Assembly: GCA_038063095.1 (NCBI GenBank)
Contig: JBBTVQ010000095.1
Location: forward strand, 1 to 24,924
Direction: 5' to 3'
DNA: 24,924 bases
Origin: Patescibacteria group bacterium
GTDB taxonomy: Bacteria > Patescibacteriota > Minisyncoccia > Sungbacterales > HO2-52-23
In this document: positions 1 through 6,716 of the stretch, piece by piece
How the letters are laid out: the number at the start of each line of letters is the position of its first letter
Position numbering within the stretch: the first letter of the stretch is position 1
Position numbers and translations under genes: made by a program
Notes under the pieces: generated by a model
The model's database searches: none
What the model was told of the DNA's origin: nothing
Seen by the model: only the letters and a program-made list of their open reading frames with translations

Positions 1-43
1 ATGATTTCTTCGTCTCCAGATCAATGACCAGCGTGTCGCGCAT
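1..43 (-). CDS. 5' fragment of a putative RNase H-like/DEDD 3'-5' exonuclease (runs off the window edge)
   Basis: Minus strand from ATG at 43 reads MRDTLVIDLETKKS. The hhhDxET pattern matches the ExoI motif, and a promoter lies directly upstream. Only 14 codons are visible. Confidence 0.5.
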   Translation of the reverse strand, partial: MRDTLVIDLETKKS

Positions 44-49
44 GGAGGG

Positions 50-78
50 AGTATAAATGAAACCATGCAGAAAATCAA
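50..78 (-). promoter_or_regulatory. sigma70-type promoter, probably leaderless
   Basis: Minus strand TTGATT(78-73)-N17-TATACT(55-50)-N6-ATG(43). Confidence 0.55.
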
Positions 79-173
79 ATTCCGTTTACGCTTCGCCTTC
101 CTGCTCTCCGCTCACGATTGCGGCATGAGTAAAGTATCCTCGCTCCGCGGCGGGAACCCTCAGTTTTTACTCC

Positions 174-362
174 TTAATTATCGCTGAAAGTACGACCTAC
201 CCTTACCGCTTCTAACCTGCCATCATTATTCTTCCGTAGCAAGAATTCGACCGTATCGCCCTCGGTAAGGTCTTGAAAATTTGCTCCGATGACATTCTTT
301 GCATGGAAAAAAATGTCTTCTTCATAATGCCCTGTCTTGATAAAACCGTATCCCTTCTCCAT
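174..362 (-). CDS. cold-shock domain (CSD) protein, probably the frameshifted C-terminal domain of the upstream SIR2-STAND protein
   Basis: RNP1 KGYGFI and RNP2 DIFFH, then 'FQDLTEGDTVEF' and 'EAVRV'. The frame stays open upstream to 410 and encodes the beta1 segment ERKGTILKL with no ATG/GTG/TTG. Confidence 0.85.
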   Translation of the reverse strand: MEKGYGFIKTGHYEEDIFFHAKNVIGANFQDLTEGDTVEFLLRKNNDGRLEAVRVGRTFSDN

Positions 363-367
363 AAGTT

Positions 368-2812
368 TTAAAATAGTCCCCTTTCTTTCATTTTCATGAT
401 TTCTTGCAAGTTATTCTTACACTCTTTGACAAACCTATTGTTCATAACAGAAAAATCTAATCTTCGCATCCCCTCCAAGATCATCTGACAGGCTAACAAA
501 AATTCACTTTTTTGCTCCGACGCGAGTTTTTTGAAATGCTTGAAGAAAAAACCATAGTAGCCTTTGGCAACACGATATGGATAGTAGAGATCCGTCTGGT
601 TAAATTGCGGCATCAAAAGTTCATGTGCTTTGATAAAATGCCTATATGCTTTGTCCGCATCACCCTCTGCCTTGGAACGCTCTAAAAGATATCGTGCAAA
701 ATGATTATCAATTTGTCTCGTGTTATAATTGCCAAGTTTTTCTGCATAAGCATAAGAGTTCTCAAAATAAATTCCGGCTTCATCAAGGTCTGGAAATGAC
801 AAGCGAGCAATCGCATATTGAAGCCAAAAATGCGGATGTTCTTTTGTTGAATCGAGATTCTTTAATGCCTCATAAAAATTGATTGCCATAGGGCGCCGTT
901 GCCGCTCGGGTAATATCATCTGCAAGTTGCTGAATCTAACCAGCTCTCTAAAAATCCAGTAGTAGGTCGAATTATTTTTACCTAAGCGTTCTGCTCTTTT
1001 GGCAATCTTTATCAAAGAATTGATGAGGAGCGTACTATCCGAAATGCTACTCAATATAAACTGGCTAAACACGGATGATTGTAGTTCAATGGAATCTCTG
1101 CCGATGCGTATAATTTCGCGTATGCCCGCATGCTGCCGAATTCTTGCGTCGCGAACAACATCTGTTTCAAGGATGTCCGACACCGATGAAATTGTAACCT
1201 CATGGCCCAAAAGAAGCGAAAGAGCACACGATGCGACGATAAGTTCAACAGCTCCTGTTCCGTCCTTCATCTGCTCAATCTCCCTAAGCACGTTTAAAAA
1301 ACGGGAGGAAATGTCGGGTGATTTTAATAATTCTAATAATAGGCGTTGAAAGGAATTATTCATCAAGTCAAGGACACGCTTCTTTTCGGAAAAACTTTTT
1401 GCCGCATGCTTGCCCCAGAAACTAAAGTGGTCAAGAATTGAAATGATTTGATCGGCGGCAGAATCGTCGATCTGATCCACATCCAGAAGAACGGGTTTCT
1501 GGTCGAGAGCATCCAACAACCTATCATAGTAATGATCATTGATATCGGTTCTGGCAGTCAAAATAAGAATAACCTTACTTGTCCGATTGGCACGCAGATA
1601 GTGAAGATTTTTTAGATAGCGATAGTAATTCTCGACAACCACAACAATCGGTTCTCTATCGCGGCAGAGTGAAGTAATATCTCGATTTATATGGTAGTCG
1701 TCGTACTCGGGTTTTAACCAAAATACTTTATATCCTTCCAGCAGGGCCTTGTGGGCAATCCCGAGACATAAAAGTGTTTTCCCGTTCCCCAATGATGAAG
1801 TAATCAGGAATGTTTTCTTTTTTTGCTCCGCATATTTAGAAATTATTGCCAGATTGGAACGGAGCACATAATAAGGAGGATTCTGCCCGGGCTCCAAGAG
1901 AGACTTATACACGAGCCCCCTATCAACCTCACCGCGCAGAAAGAGATTAAACGCATCCTGATCCTTAGTAATGCGGATATCGTTTGGTTTTTTTATTTCT
2001 TCAAAAGCGATGCGTACAGGCTCGTAACGTGCGGGATTCCAACTTCTCTTTTTTTCATCTAATATGCGAGAAAACTTCTCCATTCCCCAGGGGAGGACCG
2101 TGCCGTACTTGGCGAGTATCAACTGGTCAACCTTTGACGGTTGCGGATTAGTAATGAGGAAACACTTGTCTTTTATTGCCCGTTCTTCATATAGAATTCG
2201 CGTAATATCAATATCGCCCAAGGATGTCCCGAGGAAAAATATCGCTTGCGCGTGACGCAATTGAGTCCTAAAAAAATCACCCCACAAGCTACCACGGAAT
2301 GTGTCCGTTAGATAACTAGTATCGGTGAGCTTGAAAGAGTCAAATAGAGAATCCGGCGTCAGTGATCCAATATCGCCATTGATGTGGAGACATAAATCTG
2401 GTACGGCTACAAACTGGGATGGGTCTTGACCAAGTGTCACAGAAACGAGTTGTCGTGAATTTTCCGCATAGGCCCGCTCAAGCACATTATCATAATTGGT
2501 CGTAAATATACGAAACCAATGTACAGCTCCGATACTTTTGTGGTGATCCGCTATCACTTTGACGCTAAACTGACCTCGTAAAAGATTGGCCAACTCTTCA
2601 TCGCTGGACTGTTCAACAAAAATTTCTGCGGCGTGGCGTAAATTGACCTGTTCTTCACTAATATTTATTTTTCCGAGCAATAGCTTAGTCAGCTGTGCGC
2701 CGTTCAAAAAACTCTTATTCAAAATATTGGTCGCGCCCAGCGAAAAACCAGAACCAAGAAATAAGACCGCTTCTCCGTTCAGTGCGTGTTCCAATGCTTG
2801 TTCTATTGTCAT
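368..2812 (-). CDS. SIR2-like NADase domain + STAND-type P-loop NTPase + helical C-terminal region; putative anti-phage protein (AVAST type V/Avs5-like architecture)
   Basis: 814 aa. SIR2 motifs VLFLGSGFS, IFTTNYD and FFLGTSLGDIDI. Walker A-like ITSSLGNGKTL, Walker B-like VVVVENY, helical C-terminus (HFWLQYAIARL, IDNHFARYLLE). AT-richer than flanking core genes. Confidence 0.8.
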   Translation of the reverse strand: MTIEQALEHALNGEAVLFLGSGFSLGATNILNKSFLNGAQLTKLLLGKINISEEQVNLRHAAEIFVEQSSDEELANLLRGQFSVKVIADHHKSIGAVHWFRIFTTNYDNVLERAYAENSRQLVSVTLGQDPSQFVAVPDLCLHINGDIGSLTPDSLFDSFKLTDTSYLTDTFRGSLWGDFFRTQLRHAQAIFFLGTSLGDIDITRILYEERAIKDKCFLITNPQPSKVDQLILAKYGTVLPWGMEKFSRILDEKKRSWNPARYEPVRIAFEEIKKPNDIRITKDQDAFNLFLRGEVDRGLVYKSLLEPGQNPPYYVLRSNLAIISKYAEQKKKTFLITSSLGNGKTLLCLGIAHKALLEGYKVFWLKPEYDDYHINRDITSLCRDREPIVVVVENYYRYLKNLHYLRANRTSKVILILTARTDINDHYYDRLLDALDQKPVLLDVDQIDDSAADQIISILDHFSFWGKHAAKSFSEKKRVLDLMNNSFQRLLLELLKSPDISSRFLNVLREIEQMKDGTGAVELIVASCALSLLLGHEVTISSVSDILETDVVRDARIRQHAGIREIIRIGRDSIELQSSVFSQFILSSISDSTLLINSLIKIAKRAERLGKNNSTYYWIFRELVRFSNLQMILPERQRRPMAINFYEALKNLDSTKEHPHFWLQYAIARLSFPDLDEAGIYFENSYAYAEKLGNYNTRQIDNHFARYLLERSKAEGDADKAYRHFIKAHELLMPQFNQTDLYYPYRVAKGYYGFFFKHFKKLASEQKSEFLLACQMILEGMRRLDFSVMNNRFVKECKNNLQEIMKMKERGLF

Positions 2813-2876
2813 GTTAAAATAAGATTTACATTAAGTCATCGATCTTTTTGGTCATGTCCGCCACTAATTACCCTCT

Positions 2877-4259
2877 TTATCTTGCCCCTTTCACATACTT
2901 GTCAAAAAACTGGAGCGCCCGATCCGCGGCAAGGGGCCATGCGGCCGCAAACTCGTGGCCTTCGCCCTGATATTTGAAAAACTCCGCTTTTTTGTTGAGC
3001 CGGGTGAGCGCGTTGAACATGTCCTGCGAGAAGGTCATGGGCACGGCGTAGTCCGCGACTCCGTGATGGAACTGCACGGGCGCGCGCACGCGGTCAAAGT
3101 ACGCAATCGGCGAGATGCGCCGATATATCGGCGCGGCTTCTACGCCGTAGGTGGCGCGCAACCACCGCACCTCATCGGCGCCCAATTCATAAAAATTTTC
3201 CTCCGCATCCGCGCTGATGGGCGCAAACAAGACATACGCGCGGATGTCGGGCGAGAGCACTGCCGCGCGCGCGGCAATGCCTCCGCCCATACTATGCCCC
3301 CACATCCCGATGCGTCCCTTGTCCATCAAGGTACCGCCATGATTTTTTATCGCGTCCACGAGCGCCATGACATCCCGGGTATAGCCCACATAAAAATCAT
3401 GATGCGGGTTTGTATTGGGGCTGGAAGAGGCATGCCCGCGGTAATCAGGGTGTAGGGTGACGTACCCGTGCTTCGCGAAGAAATCCTGCTCGCGCCGGGA
3501 CCCGCGGCCGGACGTATAAATCTTTGGATCAATAAGTCCGTGATTGAGAATGAGCACTGGAAATCCTCCAGCGGGCACCGGACCGGATGGTACGTTGATA
3601 ATGCCAGTCAGGCGCAAGTCGCCCGATTGATAGGTAAAGGGGTATTTCTGGTACGCGCGGTTTTCCTCAATGACTTTACCCATGACAAAGTCGCGGCCAG
3701 CCGCGGGGTTTTCATATAAAGCATCGATGGTGAACTCCGCTCCGGGCTCCGGAGACGGCGGGGGCTCCGGCGTCTCCCCCATCGCCACATCTCCCTCCGT
3801 GATGCGGATACGATCGCCGATGAGGATGTGGTACTTTTTTGCAAATCCCGCCCGGGTCTCCAACACCATCTCCGCGTCCGCGTCAGGGCGATACACCGGC
3901 AGCGCCGCATCCCCGACGCCCGGCGCAGGCGCAGGTACGTTTTCTTCCATATCCACGACGACGCCGTTTCGTATCCAAAAAATATCGATCGGGAATTGCA
4001 TCTCTTTCATCCAAATCGCGTAGCGATCCGGGCGCCCGAAAACAAAGAGCATTGCCTGATTTTCTCCGATCGCTTCCCGACCGGAGAGGCCGCGCGCCCA
4101 GGCAGTCCGCTCGGATGCCTTCTCGGCAACCAGCGAGGCGCCATTGATCTCCACGGTCGCGAATCCCTTCCCGTCGCCGCGCGAGAACGCAAAAAGCGCT
4201 CCGATGGAAAGACCAAAGAGCGCCAGTGCGGCAAGGATAGCGGTACGGAGTGAGGGCAT
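2877..4259 (-). CDS. membrane-anchored DUF192 domain fused to an alpha/beta hydrolase (S9/prolyl oligopeptidase-like)
   Basis: N-terminal hydrophobic helix. DUF192 signature (GLSGRE..MLFVF..IWMKEMQFPIDIFWI..VLETRAG), Pro-rich linker, nucleophile GHSMGG, then GVADYAVP (Asp) and GEGHEF (His). Confidence 0.8.
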   Translation of the reverse strand: MPSLRTAILAALALFGLSIGALFAFSRGDGKGFATVEINGASLVAEKASERTAWARGLSGREAIGENQAMLFVFGRPDRYAIWMKEMQFPIDIFWIRNGVVVDMEENVPAPAPGVGDAALPVYRPDADAEMVLETRAGFAKKYHILIGDRIRITEGDVAMGETPEPPPSPEPGAEFTIDALYENPAAGRDFVMGKVIEENRAYQKYPFTYQSGDLRLTGIINVPSGPVPAGGFPVLILNHGLIDPKIYTSGRGSRREQDFFAKHGYVTLHPDYRGHASSSPNTNPHHDFYVGYTRDVMALVDAIKNHGGTLMDKGRIGMWGHSMGGGIAARAAVLSPDIRAYVLFAPISADAEENFYELGADEVRWLRATYGVEAAPIYRRISPIAYFDRVRAPVQFHHGVADYAVPMTFSQDMFNALTRLNKKAEFFKYQGEGHEFAAAWPLAADRALQFFDKYVKGAR

Positions 4260-4288
4260 ACTACTCGGAGGGGGAGACCCTTACGAAG

Positions 4289-4399
4289 GGGAGTAAAAGC
4301 AAATGTCTTTGCTTTTACTCCCTTCCGACACAGGCGAAGCTCGCTGCCTCCCCTTTCCACTGTGGCCGAGTATCGCGGAATAAATCCGCGATACTCGGC
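4289..4399. repeat. two perfect 15-bp inverted repeats (4289-4303/4308-4322 and 4365-4379/4385-4399)
   Basis: GGGAGTAAAAGCAAA-tgtc-TTTGCTTTTACTCCC and GCCGAGTATCGCGGA-ataaa-TCCGCGATACTCGGC, read directly from the sequence. Confidence 0.9.
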
Positions 4400-4410
4400 G
4401 AATTTTATTA

Positions 4411-4584
4411 CTACACGGATTTATCCTCCAACCCAGTATAGCCCAGTCGCGTTTTAGCCACAAGTTCCTTGACGCGCTGTTCTGCCTCGGCATGATCCGG
4501 CGCCTCGCGCCGGATGCGGGCTTTTTCGCGGCGCAGAAATTTTCGCGCCGATGCGGGAAGTTTGCGAAGTTGCCTGCGAGACAT
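4411..4584 (-). CDS. small basic hypothetical protein (57 aa)
   Basis: ATG at 4584 gives MSRRQLRKLPASARKFLRREKARIRRE..., an Arg/Lys-rich helical protein filling an otherwise empty gap on the same strand as its neighbours. Confidence 0.6.
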   Translation of the reverse strand: MSRRQLRKLPASARKFLRREKARIRREAPDHAEAEQRVKELVAKTRLGYTGLEDKSV

Positions 4585-4703
4585 GCCAGCGAGCGTAGCA
4601 GAAATTGACGCGCGGGTCAATCAAGGCATACGATAATCACCTTTGATTTTCTCTTTGCCATCGCCACGTCAAGATGCGGCATATCATAGCAGACGCGTCA
4701 TTT

Positions 4704-4743
4704 CATTTCAATATGTATTCCGATCGGAATGCGTATTGAAATG
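4704..4743. repeat. 40-bp REP-like palindrome with CCGATCGG core
   Basis: CATTTCAATATGT-ATTCCGATCGGAAT-GCGTATTGAAATG. The 14-bp core is perfect and the arms pair with two G:T mismatches. A related copy is at 21589-21623. Confidence 0.75.
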
Positions 4744-4744
4744 A

Positions 4745-5662
4745 TTATTTTTCGCTTGTAATCCGCGCGTCCAGTTGCGGCAGGATCTGGTCGGTCGGAA
4801 ATCCGTAGGTCTCAAAGTCGCCGATGGTACGTGCCGCGTGGAGGCCCCGCGTATCCGCCGGATGCTCGCCTGCCTCGTGAAAGTCAGACCCGCCGGTAAA
4901 GAGCAGTCCGTATTTCCCGGCGAGTACCCAGAGATACTCCGCGTCGTCTTCAGTGTGCGCGGGGCTGAAGACCTCCAGCCCCGCAATACCCCAGCCGATC
5001 AACTGCTTCAAAAATGCCTCGAGCCCTTCTTCGTCGCCCTGAAAATGGACCGCCGGGTGCGACCACACCGCAACACCCCCGGCGATATGAATGAGCGCTA
5101 TCGCGTCCTTGGCAGAAATGTGCGCCCGGCGAACGTAATACGGACTCTCGTCAGTGAGATATTTCTGGATGAAATCATGGCTCGTCGCAATGCCGCCGAG
5201 TTTTTCCATGTTTTCCGGCCGCCCCAAAACGGCGCGCGCGATATGCGGACGTGCTATGGCGCCCTGCGCCTCGCGCGCAACATCCTCCCACGCCACCGCA
5301 AACCCCGCGGCCGCGAGATTCTGCACCATCTGCTTGGCGCCCTCCACGCGTGTCTTCTGAAACTCCTCCAGCCGAGCGCACAATACCGGGTGCGCGTGAT
5401 CAACGCCGTACGCCAAGAGGTGCGCCCCGCGGTCTTCCACCGACAATTCAATGCCGGGGATCACCCGCACGCCAGCAGCCCTTCCCGCGGCGAGCGCCTC
5501 GGCAACGCCGCCCACGGTGTCGTGGTCGGTCATGGCAATCACGAAAACGTCCCCGTCTTTTGCCATTGTCACAATCTCCGCGGGCGCGTGTTTTCCGTCC
5601 GAGGCAATGGATTGAATTTGTAAGTCAAACGGCTGCATCTTACGTATGCGCACACGAATCAA
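4745..5662 (-). CDS. PHP-domain metal-dependent phosphoesterase (TrpH/YciV-like)
   Basis: Motifs DLQIQSIASDG, TDHD, GIELS, RPHIARA, WSHP and GGSDFH. The start is either TTG at 5662 (overlapping the archease stop) or ATG at 5638. Confidence 0.9.
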   Translation of the reverse strand: MIRVRIRKMQPFDLQIQSIASDGKHAPAEIVTMAKDGDVFVIAMTDHDTVGGVAEALAAGRAAGVRVIPGIELSVEDRGAHLLAYGVDHAHPVLCARLEEFQKTRVEGAKQMVQNLAAAGFAVAWEDVAREAQGAIARPHIARAVLGRPENMEKLGGIATSHDFIQKYLTDESPYYVRRAHISAKDAIALIHIAGGVAVWSHPAVHFQGDEEGLEAFLKQLIGWGIAGLEVFSPAHTEDDAEYLWVLAGKYGLLFTGGSDFHEAGEHPADTRGLHAARTIGDFETYGFPTDQILPQLDARITSEK

Positions 5663-6105
5663 CTCTCAAACACCAGCGTGGTTTCCAAAAGGCCCGTGTC
5701 CGGATTTTTCTTGATATCCACATCCTGATACGACACCGCGCGTATTTCCGTAGCCACATCCTCCACCGCGACGCCGGTGAGCTCCGCCTCCAGAAAGTTT
5801 TCCCCAAACGCGCGGAAGGCCGCGGACGTGAATACGGCGCCGTGCGCATCTGCCTCCGCGAGTATCCGGGTCATAAACTCCACGAGGAGCGAAGGCGCGT
5901 CCACCGCCTGCACCGCGATGCCCTGCACCACGCGCTTGTCCCCGGCGCCCGCCGTGAGCGCCTCGGGATGCATATAGGCCGCGGCAGCGCGGAGCGCATG
6001 CACAAAAAGATCGCGCACGGTGCGGCCCCGCACGCGCACGAGGACATCGTGGTCGTCCCGGGGGATGATCTCAAACTCGCGGCCTTCTTTCGCTATGGTT
6101 GACAT
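5659..6105 (-). CDS. archease-family protein (divergent)
   Basis: 148 aa with the archease layout: FEII..D V.V.V.GRT..DLF..A, 'L..EF...L...D', 'EAELTG', 'EIRAVSYQDV.I', ending 'TLVFES'. Confidence 0.75.
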   Translation of the reverse strand: MSTIAKEGREFEIIPRDDHDVLVRVRGRTVRDLFVHALRAAAAYMHPEALTAGAGDKRVVQGIAVQAVDAPSLLVEFMTRILAEADAHGAVFTSAAFRAFGENFLEAELTGVAVEDVATEIRAVSYQDVDIKKNPDTGLLETTLVFES

Positions 6106-6171
6106 GATAGAGATGATGGTATTTACTGAAAATAGTTCTTATTTTGATGTTGCTCTTCTCCAGGAGGATCG

Positions 6172-6657
6172 ATGATGGAAATCAATATCGCAGAAGCAAC
6201 GCGGCATATGATATGGGAACCGCCCTATGCCTATGACATCAAATTCAACTACGGCATCTCGGGCAGTATCCTGGCAGAGATTCTTCGCGTGGAATTACAG
6301 CAAGAACTCCAGACATATAGCCCCCTCCCTACTCCTGCACAGAGCGATGACCGCATTCTCTTTGTATGCACCCTGCATGCCACGTCGGATCCCCTCATCC
6401 CAAACACGATTCCCATCCCCCAAAAAATCCTCAACCGCCCGCTTGCGATAAGCGTGCGGGGCACCCTCTACCCGGACGAGAAATATCAAAAAGTGACGTT
6501 GGGGATTGCCTGCCGCTATCGCTCTCTCCGATCGCTGTATAAAAAAGCATGGCGCCCGGTCCGTATTGATAAGGGGTCGGTGCTTGGTGCGATATGTTTC
6601 GTCATAGAAAATCGCATGAAGCAACAGATACCGCGGGAAGAGGCACCGAGCAAATAA
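6172..6657 (+). CDS. hypothetical protein (161 aa)
   Basis: Long ORF filling the gap between archease and murE, with SD AGGAGG at 6162-6167 and a downstream terminator-like hairpin. No family recognised. Confidence 0.65.
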   Translation: MMEINIAEATRHMIWEPPYAYDIKFNYGISGSILAEILRVELQQELQTYSPLPTPAQSDDRILFVCTLHATSDPLIPNTIPIPQKILNRPLAISVRGTLYPDEKYQKVTLGIACRYRSLRSLYKKAWRPVRIDKGSVLGAICFVIENRMKQQIPREEAPSK

Positions 6658-6678
6658 CAGCGCACCCGCATCTCATCC

Positions 6679-6716
6679 GATCAGGCCTGCCTACGGCGCG
6701 CCTGATCTTTTATTTT
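6679..6716 (+). terminator. putative intrinsic terminator
   Basis: GATCAGGC...GCCTGATC stem followed by TTTTATTTTT, just after the 6657 stop and abutting the convergent murE stop. Confidence 0.5.

Noticed and set aside
65-187. 40-aa plus-strand ORF (MQKIKFRLRFAFLLSAHDCG...)
   Set aside because: It overlaps a promoter, an inverted-repeat element and the CSD end, has no SD, and is more simply explained as repeat-derived non-coding DNA.
380-410. Programmed -1 ribosomal frameshift or transcriptional slippage joining SIR2-STAND and CSD
   Set aside because: Not asserted: there is no X_XXY_YYZ heptamer and the longest run is A4. A single-base deletion or assembly error is more parsimonious.
4617-4661. 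14-codon minus-strand ORF MAKRKSKVIIVCLD
   Set aside because: Too short to distinguish from chance; no SD or leader-peptide signature.
4775-6102. Long plus-strand ORFs of 282 and 283 aa (also 22542-23432 minus, 17510-19147 plus and similar)
   Set aside because: They overlap well-supported genes on the opposite strand, have no motifs, and are expected in GC-rich DNA with few stop codons.
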